Source: Candidatus Shapirobacteria bacterium
GTDB lineage: Bacteria; Patescibacteriota; Microgenomatia; UM-FILTER-40-11
NCBI GenBank assembly: GCA_020059745.1
Contig: JAGVBK010000004.1
Coordinates: 306,511 to 370,510, forward strand
Length of the DNA stretch: 64,000 nt
Direction: 5' to 3'
Shown here: piece by piece, positions 35,914 to 45,537 of the stretch
How positions within the stretch are numbered: the first letter of the stretch is position 1
Layout: each line of letters starts with the position of its first letter
Notes under the pieces: model-generated
What the model saw: only the letters and a program-made list of their open reading frames with translations
Database searches by the model: none
What the model was told of the DNA's origin: nothing
Made by a program: the position numbers and the translations under genes

Positions 35914-38403
35914 ATGCATTTTTCTACTTATTCAGCTAAAACCGGAAACGAGGTAATTAATGAATTTACGACTTCACCCCAAGGGCTTTCTTCGGAAGAA
36001 GTAAGGCTGAGGCGAAAACAATACGGGCTAAACGAACTTTCGGCGGCGAGGCTTCATTGGTATGACATTTTATTAAGGCAGTTTAAATCTCCTTTTCTTT
36101 ACCTTCTTTTGAGTGCCTCTTTTGTTTCCTTTGTTTTGGGTCAGATTGTTGACGGCTTAATGATCCTTCTTTTTGTTTTAATTAACGCCTTTTTGGGTTT
36201 TATACAGGAATTCCGTTCTGAAAAAACCCTACAACTTCTTAAGAATTATGTGGTTGTTAAAAGTAGGGTATTGAGAAACGGTGAAGAAGAGATTATCAAA
36301 AGCAGCGAGCTTGTTCCCGGAGATATTCTGATCTTAAATCCGGGTGACATTATTCCCGCTGATGTGCGTTTTATTGAATGTGAAAGCTTGGTGATTGATG
36401 AATCTTCCCTTACCGGCGAGTCGGTTGAAATTGAGAAAACCAGCAAAAAAGCAGAAAGCGAAACCAAGGAAATTTACCAGGCAAAAAATATTGGGTTTGC
36501 TGGTACCAACATAAAAAAGGGTAAGGCTTTAGGGGTGGTTATCAGTATCGGCAAAAATACCCAGATTGGCAACATTGCTTCCCTTGCTTCAGGTCAAAAA
36601 GGCGGGAGTAATTTTGAAAAAGGTATTGCCCGGTTAAGCGGTTTTGTTTTAAAACTGGTGGGAATTACTTTGGTTTTTGTCTTTATTGCCAATATTATTC
36701 TTAAAGGGCCGGTTGAAATTCCTAAACTGTTTATTTTTGTGGTCGCATTGGCTGTAAGTGTTATTCCTGAAACTCTGCCGGTAATTACCATTTTTTCTTT
36801 TTCCCGCGGTGCGCTCAAGCTAGCAAAAAGAAGGGTAGTTATTAAAAGGCTTTCTTCAATTGAAGACCTGGGCGGTGTTGAGGTCTTGTGTACCGACAAG
36901 ACAGGAACCATTACGGAAAACAAGCTGGCAGTAAGCGGCTTTTATCCAAAAGAATCAAAGGCTATCCTGTTTGCTAGTCTTGCAGGGACTCTTTCTGAAA
37001 AGACAAATGATTCTTTTGAATTGGCTTTAACAGAAGCTTTAGGAGAAAAAGAGAAAAAAGCTTATAAAGAATTTGAGAGAATAAAAGAGCTCCCTTTTGA
37101 CCCGGAAAGAAAGAGAAACAGCGTTTTGGTTAAAAGAAAAAACGAGTACTTTTTGGTGACTAAAGGAGCACCTGAGGTAATTTTTGATCTTACCAAAACT
37201 GCGGGTTTTCCAAAGAAAGACTGTTTTGGCTGGATTGAAAGTGAAGGAAGGCTGGGAAAAAGGGTAATTGCCGTTGCCAGAAAAAAGCTTAAAGAAGATT
37301 TTAGAGATTTGGAAAAAGAAGAGAAAGACCTTGAGTTTATAGGACTTCTTTCTTTTTATGACCCCTTAAAAAAGACTGCCCCGGCCGCTATTGCCAACGC
37401 CAAAAGCTTGGGAGTGCAGATAAAGATTCTTACCGGTGACAGTAAAGAAGTGGCTGGCGCAATCGCTTATGAAATCGGCTTAATTGACAGCGAAAAAGAA
37501 GTTGTAACCGGAAGGGAATTTAACTCTTTTTCCTATGAGGAAAAGATAAAAGCAGTTTTTGGCTATAAAGTATTTGCCAGAGTAACACCAGAGCAAAAAT
37601 ACGAAATTATAAAGCTTCTTCAAGCAAAATATTCAGTTGGTTTTCTTGGCGACGGCATTAATGACGCGCCGGCGCTTAAAGCGGCAAATGTGGCTTTGGT
37701 AGTTCAGGGGGCAACGGATATTGCCCGCGAATCGGCAGATATTGTTCTTTTAAACAAAAGTTTAAGCGATATTATTGAGGGAATCAAAGAAGGAAGAAAA
37801 ATCTTTGGGAACACTGTTAAATATATAAAAGCGACGCTTTCCTCAAACTTTGGCAACTTTTACGCCGTGGCAATTGCCTCGCTTTTTATTCCTTTTCTAC
37901 CGCTTTTGCCTTTGCAAATCCTTCTTATTAATCTCTTAACAGATTTTCCTATGATTTCTGTTGCCACGGATAATTTGGACGAAAGAGAACTAAAAGTTCC
38001 CAAGAGTTATGACATAAGAGAGATAACGCTTTTTTCAACGGTAATGGGTTTGGTTAGTTCACTTTTTGACTTTCTTTTTTTCATTCTCTTTTTCCGCGCC
38101 TCTGCTCAAGTACTTCAAACTAGCTGGTTTATTGAAAGCATTCTTACCGAGCTTGTTTTTATCTTTTCCGTAAGAAGCAGGGTTAGCTTTTTAAAGACCT
38201 CAAAGCCTTCTTTTGCTTTGCTGAGTTTAACAGGGCTTTGTCTGGTTCTTACTATCGGTTTGCCTTTTTCTGGGCTTGGCCGGCAGTTTTTCGGATTTGT
38301 CTCGCCGCCAAAAGAAAGCATTGCCATTGTTTTACTGCTTACTTTTTTCTATTTTGTTTCTTCAGAAATAGTAAAAGCCGCTTATTACCGCATCTACAAA
38401 TAA
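35914..38403 (+). CDS. P-type ATPase, MgtA-like Mg2+/cation transporter
   Basis: LTGES, IPETLP, DKTGT, TGD, GDGINDAP, SSNFGN. Confidence 0.88.
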   Translation: MHFSTYSAKTGNEVINEFTTSPQGLSSEEVRLRRKQYGLNELSAARLHWYDILLRQFKSPFLYLLLSASFVSFVLGQIVDGLMILLFVLINAFLGFIQEFRSEKTLQLLKNYVVVKSRVLRNGEEEIIKSSELVPGDILILNPGDIIPADVRFIECESLVIDESSLTGESVEIEKTSKKAESETKEIYQAKNIGFAGTNIKKGKALGVVISIGKNTQIGNIASLASGQKGGSNFEKGIARLSGFVLKLVGITLVFVFIANIILKGPVEIPKLFIFVVALAVSVIPETLPVITIFSFSRGALKLAKRRVVIKRLSSIEDLGGVEVLCTDKTGTITENKLAVSGFYPKESKAILFASLAGTLSEKTNDSFELALTEALGEKEKKAYKEFERIKELPFDPERKRNSVLVKRKNEYFLVTKGAPEVIFDLTKTAGFPKKDCFGWIESEGRLGKRVIAVARKKLKEDFRDLEKEEKDLEFIGLLSFYDPLKKTAPAAIANAKSLGVQIKILTGDSKEVAGAIAYEIGLIDSEKEVVTGREFNSFSYEEKIKAVFGYKVFARVTPEQKYEIIKLLQAKYSVGFLGDGINDAPALKAANVALVVQGATDIARESADIVLLNKSLSDIIEGIKEGRKIFGNTVKYIKATLSSNFGNFYAVAIASLFIPFLPLLPLQILLINLLTDFPMISVATDNLDERELKVPKSYDIREITLFSTVMGLVSSLFDFLFFILFFRASAQVLQTSWFIESILTELVFIFSVRSRVSFLKTSKPSFALLSLTGLCLVLTIGLPFSGLGRQFFGFVSPPKESIAIVLLLTFFYFVSSEIVKAAYYRIYK

Positions 38404-38762
38404 CCCTGCAAAGCAGCTGTATCAATAATATTTACTTTCGTGGCTTCAATTCCCCCTTCAATTGGCGTGCCTGCTACCTCAATTATCATACTCTCACTTA
38501 GGCTGGTTCTTGAAACCGGATTATTAAGCTCACTTAAAACTTCAGTTTTATTAGTTACATATAAAGGTAGCGGGTTTCCTGTTTCTTCTTCTAAAATAGT
38601 TACTAAAATTGAGTCTTTGTAGGCTACGGTGGTTTTTGAAACCGAGATGACTCTTCCCTTAAAAAGAAACAAATTTTCATTTGCTCCTTGCCTTAACCCC
38701 AAGAAAAAAAGCAGGCTGCCTAAAAAAAGAAGCAAGAAGACGGCAATAACAAGTTTTCTCAC
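38394..38762 (-). CDS. Small exported hypothetical protein (possible OB-like beta fold)
   Basis: GTG start; N-terminal TM; beta-rich body. Confidence 0.6.
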   Translation of the reverse strand: MRKLVIAVFLLLFLGSLLFFLGLRQGANENLFLFKGRVISVSKTTVAYKDSILVTILEEETGNPLPLYVTNKTEVLSELNNPVSRTSLSESMIIEVAGTPIEGGIEATKVNIIDTAALQGYL

Positions 38763-38853
38763 CAGTATATTTAAGAAAACAAAATTTAACGCACAGTAAG
38801 CATTTGGTAATAATTAGGAAATTTTTGGATTGAGCAAAGAAAAACCTGCCGGC

Positions 38854-39474
38854 CTAAGCAAACATTTGGAGTGCTTCTTTTAATAAAACAGGAGAACCAT
38901 GTCCAGGATAAACAATGGTATACGGATCAATTTCTGAGAACCTTTTTATTGAATCTTTATAATCTTTTTCTGAACTATATGAAAAGTCGGTTCTGCCTAT
39001 TCCTTGTTCAAAAAGAGTATCTCCAGAAAAAATGACTTTTTCTTGAGGGAAATGCAGGCAAACACTTCCCGGTGTATGCCCTGGAGTTTTTATAATGTTA
39101 AAAGACATTCCTTCAAGGCTTATGTTTTCTTCTTTTTCCAAATCAATCGAAGGATCTGGAGGCAGGATAATGACTTTCGAGTTTAGCCAGTAAGAGGCAG
39201 AATTTTTTGAATTTTTTAGCAAAAATAGATCTTTGAAATTAATGGCAAAAGGAATTTTGAAGTTTGTTTGCAGTTCGCCGGTTGCTAAAACATGGTCAAA
39301 GTGGCCGTGGGTAGCAACAATCAAAAGGGGATTGAGCTTTAAAAAAATAACTCTTTCGCTTAAAAAATTACCCTCGTCTCCAGGGTCGATGATAATGCAG
39401 TTTTTGTTTTGGGAATTATAAACTAAGTAACAGTTGGCGTTTAATTCACCTACGGAAAAAGTTTCAATTTCCAT
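38854..39474 (-). CDS. MBL-fold metallo-hydrolase (glyoxalase II-like)
   Basis: THGHFDH, PGHTPG, SGDTLF, PGHG. Confidence 0.92.
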   Translation of the reverse strand: MEIETFSVGELNANCYLVYNSQNKNCIIIDPGDEGNFLSERVIFLKLNPLLIVATHGHFDHVLATGELQTNFKIPFAINFKDLFLLKNSKNSASYWLNSKVIILPPDPSIDLEKEENISLEGMSFNIIKTPGHTPGSVCLHFPQEKVIFSGDTLFEQGIGRTDFSYSSEKDYKDSIKRFSEIDPYTIVYPGHGSPVLLKEALQMFA

Positions 39475-39566
39475 TTGCCCATTATAACTCTTTCCCTTAA
39501 GTCTTTTTGTAAATTTATTATTAATTTATTAAAAAACTTTTACAATCGGTTGATATTTTTTCCTTA

Positions 39567-40205
39567 ATGGAAGAAAAAGGAATTTCAACCGTAGGAACAA
39601 TTTTTTTAATGATATTTCTTTTGATAGCCGGAATTGCTGTTCTGGGCCTGACTGGAGTTATTGATTTAAGCTATCCTAGGGTAATTAGTCCGACACCGCC
39701 CGCGGAAATCACTCCGGCTGATCTTTCTCCCTCTCCGACTCCTAATCCTGAAATTGAGGGTTGGGAAACTTTTTCTTCTGAAGAAATTGGTTTTTCTATT
39801 GAATACCCCTCGGATATTAATATAAGCAGAATGGAAGATACGGTGGTCATGACAAAACAAGGCCCAACCCAAAGACAAAATACTGAGTTTTATGATGGAA
39901 TAAGCCTTAGTTTTAGCTCTGGCCCATTAGGAGAAAGGAGCTTAAGGGAATTTGCCGAAGAAGAGGCAATTGGATATAGGCAACAGCCGGTAGTTGACGA
40001 GGTGAGCAACTTAAGGTTTGTAACCATAAACGACATTTCCGGTTATAGTTTTGATGTAGTTAGTCTAGGCGAGAGAACTTATATTTACCTTCCCCAGGGG
40101 GAAGATAGATATCTGCAGATCATTAACGCAACGGTTGATCCTGCTAACCAGGGGTTTTCCGAGACAGTTAACCTCATGTTTTCCACGCTTAGGATAAAGA
40201 CTTGA
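39567..40205 (+). CDS. Membrane-anchored PsbP-like protein
   Basis: TM plus Pro/Thr linker, WETF...GFSIEYP, C-terminal MFSTLRI. Confidence 0.6.
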   Translation: MEEKGISTVGTIFLMIFLLIAGIAVLGLTGVIDLSYPRVISPTPPAEITPADLSPSPTPNPEIEGWETFSSEEIGFSIEYPSDINISRMEDTVVMTKQGPTQRQNTEFYDGISLSFSSGPLGERSLREFAEEEAIGYRQQPVVDEVSNLRFVTINDISGYSFDVVSLGERTYIYLPQGEDRYLQIINATVDPANQGFSETVNLMFSTLRIKT

Positions 40206-40250
40206 AGGCGCTTGATTTTTTGCTTTTGGTTTATTAATCTTCAGGTACTT

Positions 40251-40610
40251 ATGAATATGAATACCCATCTTAAGGCCGCAAATTTTATTGCCAACTTAAT
40301 GGACAGGCAGTTTAAAATATTTAATTTTCGCTTTGGTTTGGACCCTATTTTGGGACTTATTCCCGGAGCCGGTGATATCATTTCTGTCTTGATTTCTTTT
40401 TACATTGTCTGGATAGGCCTGCAAATGAATCTTCCCAAAGAAAAAGTCTGGCAGATGATCGGTAATGTTTTAATGGATTTTGTTGTTGGTGCTGTCCCTC
40501 TTGTCGGCGATTTAGGTGATTTTATTATTAAAGCCAACACTAAAAATCTTGAAATCATTAAGGAAAGTAGAGCAGATATAGTTGAAGGGGAAATTGTTGA
40601 GCATCTTTAA
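40251..40610 (+). CDS. DUF4112 domain protein
   Basis: LMD..F...FRFGLDPILGLIPGAGD...GAVPLVGD. Confidence 0.85.
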   Translation: MNMNTHLKAANFIANLMDRQFKIFNFRFGLDPILGLIPGAGDIISVLISFYIVWIGLQMNLPKEKVWQMIGNVLMDFVVGAVPLVGDLGDFIIKANTKNLEIIKESRADIVEGEIVEHL

Positions 40611-40939
40611 TGAGAATATGGGATCTTCCACCTCATGTTTTGTGTGACAAGCACCTTCTTGCCGAGCACGGCGAGCTTCACGCTATCTGGTCAATATTGA
40701 CAAAAAATAAAAGCGGTTACTCAAGTCATCCGGAGGTAAAAAGATGGGAAGGAAAACTTAAAGCTCTTTTTTTGAGACACGAACTTCAGGTTAAGGAGAT
40801 TAAAAAAAGAGGTTTTCAACACAAAAGCCCGCTTGACGAAAGCTTTGCTGTTGGTAGAGGAAAACAGGATAAGCTTCTAAACACGCTTCCTGAACAAAGG
40901 CAGCTTCTTTATGCCAAGGGGTGTTCTTGTAAGGTTTAG
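40610..40939 (+). CDS. Pyrimidine dimer DNA glycosylase / T4 endonuclease V-like protein
   Basis: MRIWDLPPHVLCDKHLLAEHGELH, HPEVKRW, RGFQHKSP. Confidence 0.75.
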   Translation: MRIWDLPPHVLCDKHLLAEHGELHAIWSILTKNKSGYSSHPEVKRWEGKLKALFLRHELQVKEIKKRGFQHKSPLDESFAVGRGKQDKLLNTLPEQRQLLYAKGCSCKV

Positions 40940-41394
40940 TTTCGAAGCTCTTTTATTAAGAAAAACAATTTTCCAACGGTTGTCTCAAAACCTTCTTTGC
41001 CGTAAAGGTTAAAAATTGCATACAAAAAAACAAGGCCAAGAATTATTCCGAGAATTTTAACCAAACTTCTAAGCATGGCATAGCTTTCTTGAGATTTTCT
41101 AATACTGTCATATGAAGTAAAGCTGACATTGCTTGCCGATTGGGCGGGTGGGGAAATTGAAGCCTGGGAAGGCTGGTTGGTGTAAGCAGTAACCGGGGTA
41201 ACTATTTGAATGTTTTGGATATTGGTTTTATTTTTAAGGTTTTTTTCTTCCCTTTTGACTGCTTCCATGGCGCTTTGGATTTCTTCTTCGGAGTTCCCTG
41301 CAGCCAAAAGATTGCTCCTGATAGTTTCCTCGTCAAGGTTATATAAAGAAACTCTTTTAATATAGTCGACAATCTCCTGGACATACATGCCCAT
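40936..41394 (-). CDS. Hypothetical membrane protein
   Basis: Helical N-domain, low-complexity linker, C-terminal TM. Confidence 0.6.
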   Translation of the reverse strand: MGMYVQEIVDYIKRVSLYNLDEETIRSNLLAAGNSEEEIQSAMEAVKREEKNLKNKTNIQNIQIVTPVTAYTNQPSQASISPPAQSASNVSFTSYDSIRKSQESYAMLRSLVKILGIILGLVFLYAIFNLYGKEGFETTVGKLFFLIKELRN

Positions 41395-41435
41395 ATATAA
41401 ATTATTTATATTTATGAGGTGAGTGTCAAATCTTG

Positions 41436-41705
41436 TTAGTTTGCCTTAATTTTAAGAGGACTTTTTACAAGCGGCTCTGACATGACGGAGCTATCATTAA
41501 CAGGATCATAACGTTCAGGAGGAGTTCCGAGGATCCAATGGGTAGAGACTACTTCGTAAGTATCAATATCATTTTTCCCGCCTGCTGCCTTTGCTTTATT
41601 TACTTTGACTTCAGCAATACCTAAAGAAATGGTATGGCCTTCCGGGTCTTTTTTTCTTATGAGAAATCTTTGTGTCAGGTTTGGTGCTTCTCTTTCTGTA
41701 AACAT
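41436..41705 (-). CDS. Small hypothetical protein
   Basis: 89 aa, 2 nt downstream of the preceding gene on the same strand, fills otherwise empty space. Confidence 0.5.
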   Translation of the reverse strand: MFTEREAPNLTQRFLIRKKDPEGHTISLGIAEVKVNKAKAAGGKNDIDTYEVVSTHWILGTPPERYDPVNDSSVMSEPLVKSPLKIKAN

Positions 41706-41707
41706 AT

Positions 41708-42838
41708 TTACCTTTTTATTAGGTTTCTTATTTCAATAAATAAAGCTCCTAAGCCAAAAAGGGTAGCAAACGCGGAAAAAAGCGGGCCGATAAAGGGGAT
41801 TGAGGCAAGGATGAAATATATTGCTAACCCTAAAACAAAAACCCAGACCGTTTCTGTTTTCTTTCCTAACTTTTGCAGAACAAATGAGCCGATAAAATAA
41901 GAGATAAAGATTTTAGCGAGGTAAAGAATTATCAGGTAAACAAAAAGAAGGATAAAAGCCAGAGGCAGTCCGACTAAAGTTAAAGCCAGAATAATAAAGA
42001 CAAAAGGGAAAAGCACCACACTTAAAAAGCCAATTCCTAGTGAAAGCCAGGGGCTTTTTCCCAATAAAGAAGCTGTTTCTCCGACAAAACGGGGGAAAAG
42101 GTAAGTAAGAAGAATTCCGATTAAAAGTGAGGACAAGAAGCTAATAATTCTAAAGACAGCAGTTGTTCTTCTAAAAAAATTTTGAACATCTTGGCTTTGG
42201 GGAACATTAATCCTTGAAGAAGTTCTTCTTTCGATTTGGCCAGAAACAGTGGCTTGTTTTTCAATGTTAGCTTGATTTTCGCTGTAATATGTTAAGTCTC
42301 CGGCAATGACTGCGCCTGAGACAACCCTTAAATTATTAGTTGCCGCTTCTACATTTCCGGAGATGTTATCTAAAATATTAATCGTTTCGGCTCCAGCCCT
42401 CACGTTGCCATTAACAGGAGCGGCTATAATCACACTGCCTGCTCCGGTAACAAGATTTCCCGAAAGGGTTGCTTCGTTAACAATTTCCAAAGTTCCTGCT
42501 GCGACGCTTAAGTCATCACCGATTTGACCGCTAACAATTACCTGGCCGCCAGCTATTCTTGCATCTTCGCCTATTTTCCCTGAGACATTGACAACACCGC
42601 CCGCAGCGACCAGATCGCCGTTTACGGTGCCATCGACAAGAACCTGTCCTCCGGCAGCATAAACATCGCCGTTTACAGTGCCTGAGATGTAAACAGTCTG
42701 GCCAGCTGCGAAATAATCGTCGTTGACAATTTCGTCCCGAGGAAGAGTAATGATTCTATCTTTTTCTTGGGCAAAAACAGAGAAGGGAAAAAGAAACAAA
42801 AGAAAAAAGATTATAAAAAGTTTTTTTACTGATTTCAT
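41708..42838 (-). CDS. Bactofilin-like beta-helical repeat membrane protein
   Basis: Signal peptide; repeats of type GTVNGDVYAAGGQV; multi-TM C-terminus. Confidence 0.75.
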   Translation of the reverse strand: MKSVKKLFIIFFLLFLFPFSVFAQEKDRIITLPRDEIVNDDYFAAGQTVYISGTVNGDVYAAGGQVLVDGTVNGDLVAAGGVVNVSGKIGEDARIAGGQVIVSGQIGDDLSVAAGTLEIVNEATLSGNLVTGAGSVIIAAPVNGNVRAGAETINILDNISGNVEAATNNLRVVSGAVIAGDLTYYSENQANIEKQATVSGQIERRTSSRINVPQSQDVQNFFRRTTAVFRIISFLSSLLIGILLTYLFPRFVGETASLLGKSPWLSLGIGFLSVVLFPFVFIILALTLVGLPLAFILLFVYLIILYLAKIFISYFIGSFVLQKLGKKTETVWVFVLGLAIYFILASIPFIGPLFSAFATLFGLGALFIEIRNLIKR

Positions 42839-42914
42839 AAATCAACATAATATAGAAGATTAGAAAAAAACAGTCAAGCAATTTTCCCTTGACAATAAGC
42901 ATATAATTAGGTTC

Positions 42915-43154
42915 ATGGAGAGGCTGGTTTGTTTTCAATGGTTTTTTCCTTCACCGACAAAAAGTGGGGGAAAAATTATTCCTGCTCCCCCTGAGGCAGT
43001 TTTAAAAAGAGACGAGTTAAAAGATACCTGGCTTTTTAAGGAAAAACACCCTCAGGAAGTTTATTGTGTTTCGCTTTCTCCTTCTACTAAAAACGGTGAA
43101 ACCGGTTACTCTGTTAAGGCAGAAATAATTATAAGAGGGACTGAGAGAAATTAA
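42915..43154 (+). CDS. Small hypothetical protein
   Basis: 79 aa; TATAAT (42902-42907) 7 nt before ATG; fills the intergenic gap. Confidence 0.5.
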   Translation: MERLVCFQWFFPSPTKSGGKIIPAPPEAVLKRDELKDTWLFKEKHPQEVYCVSLSPSTKNGETGYSVKAEIIIRGTERN

Positions 43155-43208
43155 CTTTTAAGTTTCTGCTTGACTTTGCTTTCTCTTTATTTTAAACACT
43201 GGGTTTAG

Positions 43209-44210
43209 ATGGAGGATGAATACTACACAACCTCAAAGGTGAAAAAATGGTATAAAACCTGGTGGGGGATACTTCTTTTGCTTGTTTTAATACCTTTTTT
43301 CTGGCCTTTTCTGGCCGGTGGTTTTATTGCTTTTTGGATTTTCAAAAACCTGGCCAGCCAGCCGCTTAAGTTTATTTTGGCTTGTTTTATTCTTATCCCA
43401 ACAATCATTTTTGGCAGTATCTGGACGACAGTTTTACTTGGTTTTGAAGAACTTTCTCCCGGAAAAATACAAATTGAAAGCCCTCAGGTTATGTCTTTGC
43501 CGGAAACAACCCCCACTAATTTTCCGGTAGAAACCACTCCTTCGGCAGAGAAGAATATGTCTGAATATTTTTCTGAAACGGATAAAGCGGAAGCTAATGA
43601 TCGCGCCGTTTCTTTGGTGGTCCGGGTTATTGATGGCGATACGATTGAAATTGAGGACGGGATAAGAGTAAGGCTTATTGGTATAAACACGCCCGAGCTT
43701 GGGGATTCAAGGACTTCAGCTGAATGCTTTGCCAGAGAAGCCTATTTTAAAACAAAAGAACTTTTAGAAGGGCAAACCATTGCTTTAGAAAGAGATGTTT
43801 CTGAAACTGATCGCTACGGGAGGCTTTTGAGGTACATTTATCTTGAAGATGTTTTTATAAATGAACTATTGGTAAGACAAGGCTTTGCCTATGCTTCTTC
43901 TTATCCTCCTGATGTTAAATATCAGGAAATTTTAAGTAAGGCGGAAAAAGAGGCTAGAGAAGAAAGTGCAGGGCTTTGGTCTTTGTGTAATATTTCACCA
44001 GAACCGACAGACTCAGAAGCAAGTATTTTAAAACCAACTGTTTTTGCTCCAGTATCGGGAGAATACACCTGTAATTGTTCGAAAACCTGCACTGAGATTT
44101 CTTCTTGTGAAGAGGCTCAATACTTACTTAATGTTTGTGGTTGCGCTGCCAGAGATGCCGACAAAGACGGTATTGCTTGTGACGGTGTTCCTCTAAAGTG
44201 CCAGAATTGA
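43209..44210 (+). CDS. Thermonuclease (SNase) family protein with C-terminal Excalibur-like Ca-binding domain
   Basis: VIDGDT, VRLIGINTPE, DRYGRLL, GLW; DADKDGIAC. Confidence 0.9.
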   Translation: MEDEYYTTSKVKKWYKTWWGILLLLVLIPFFWPFLAGGFIAFWIFKNLASQPLKFILACFILIPTIIFGSIWTTVLLGFEELSPGKIQIESPQVMSLPETTPTNFPVETTPSAEKNMSEYFSETDKAEANDRAVSLVVRVIDGDTIEIEDGIRVRLIGINTPELGDSRTSAECFAREAYFKTKELLEGQTIALERDVSETDRYGRLLRYIYLEDVFINELLVRQGFAYASSYPPDVKYQEILSKAEKEAREESAGLWSLCNISPEPTDSEASILKPTVFAPVSGEYTCNCSKTCTEISSCEEAQYLLNVCGCAARDADKDGIACDGVPLKCQN

Positions 44211-44313
44211 CATTGTTAAGGCTGTTTGTTTTTATGCTCTCTTTCAGTCTTCTTACTCTTTTTTAACTTTTTTATCATCTTTATATAAAAAGATGGAACC
44301 GTAAAGGACTCTT

Positions 44314-44817
44314 ATGGTATATCTTAAAGCTGTGGCCATTGGTTTATCAGTATTGGCAATAATTGCCCTTAAAAATCTTTCCGCACAGCTTGGCAGCCTT
44401 GAGCAGTTTGTCAGAACCGCTTATTTTTTTCAAGGAAACGCGCCATCTAAAGAAAGCGGAATCTCCATTAAGGAAGAAGACGAGGTTATAAGCGAAAGCT
44501 CAACTTCAGCAGAGTTGAAGGAAGAATTAAAACTTGGAGATTTTCATTACCCTGAAGCTGAAGTAGTCAATTTTGGAGGGAATAGTTTTCTTTTAAAAAC
44601 TAGTGATAGTGTGGAAGTGGTAACCGACTGGTATAAAAAAAGAATTTCCGATAAAAAAATGGGGATAAAAAACTTTATTCAAACCAGAACAAACGATAAT
44701 TTTTCAAACTTGCTTCAGGGAAAAGGGGAAAAAGAAGACATTAAAGTTGAAATTGAAAAAGAAAGTAATGATTCAAAAGTCAGCATTATAGTTACTATTA
44801 ATAGTTTTAATAATTAA
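44314..44817 (+). CDS. Exported hypothetical protein
   Basis: N-terminal hydrophobic segment; YPEA...VTDWYKK motif. Confidence 0.65.
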   Translation: MVYLKAVAIGLSVLAIIALKNLSAQLGSLEQFVRTAYFFQGNAPSKESGISIKEEDEVISESSTSAELKEELKLGDFHYPEAEVVNFGGNSFLLKTSDSVEVVTDWYKKRISDKKMGIKNFIQTRTNDNFSNLLQGKGEKEDIKVEIEKESNDSKVSIIVTINSFNN

Positions 44818-44825
44818 AAAGGAAA

Positions 44826-45389
44826 ATGAAGGAAGAAAACAACTCTAGCTTTCTTAAATCTTTGTTAAAATACTTTTTAATTGCTGTGCCAGTTATTCTT
44901 GTTTCAGTGGTTTCTTTCTTAATTGGGAAAAAAAGCCTGTCTTTGCCGCCTACTCAAAGTAGCGAAAAAGTTCTTTCAGTTGAAGCCAGGCCAACTAAGG
45001 AAATCGGCAAGGAAATTAGTCTTGAGGTTGGTAACCCTGAAGAGGGAAAAATAAAGTATGTGGTTGACTCCGCCGAAATATTAAAACAAATTGTTGTTAA
45101 AGGCCAAGACGTAAGCGCGGTTCCCGGAAGGGCTTTTCTTGTTTTAAACCTTAAGATTACCAATGAAAGAAAAAACGGCATCCAAATTAATACCCGTGAT
45201 TTTATAAGGCTTTCTTCCCTGGGAGAGGAATGGGCTGCCCCGGAAATTCATAATGATCCGGTTGAAGTTCAGGCAATTTCCACAAAAATTACCAAAATCG
45301 GATTCCCAATAAACGACAGTGACAGGCAGTTTAAATTAAAGATTGGAAAAATTGACGGGGAAAAAGAGGAAATTGATTTAAACTTCTAA
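44826..45389 (+). CDS. Membrane-anchored Ig-like protein (DUF4352-like)
   Basis: TM, then GRAFLVLNLKITN...DFIRL...VQAIST...GF beta-sandwich pattern. Confidence 0.6.
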   Translation: MKEENNSSFLKSLLKYFLIAVPVILVSVVSFLIGKKSLSLPPTQSSEKVLSVEARPTKEIGKEISLEVGNPEEGKIKYVVDSAEILKQIVVKGQDVSAVPGRAFLVLNLKITNERKNGIQINTRDFIRLSSLGEEWAAPEIHNDPVEVQAISTKITKIGFPINDSDRQFKLKIGKIDGEKEEIDLNF

Positions 45390-45515
45390 TGAATTGCTAA
45401 AAAGTTGCAATTCTAATTGCCTTTACTTAACTCTTACCTGTTATTTATTCGCTTCTAAATATAAAACTATATTCTTCCAATAGAAGTGCTTCCCTTTTGG
45501 GAATACTTTAAAAGA

Positions 45516-45525
45516 AAGGAGGTGA
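45516..45525 (+). promoter_or_regulatory. Very strong Shine-Dalgarno site, preceded by a 5' hairpin
   Basis: AAGGAGGTGA 12 nt before ATG 45538; hairpin AAGTG(C)TTCCC-TTTT-GGGAATACTT at 45484-45508. Confidence 0.7.
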
Positions 45526-45537
45526 GAAAATAATAAA

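Noticed and set aside
35914-38403. CopA copper ATPase as part of the CsoR operon
   Set aside because: No CPC/HMA motifs; PETLP and SSNFGN indicate an MgtA-like pump, on the opposite strand
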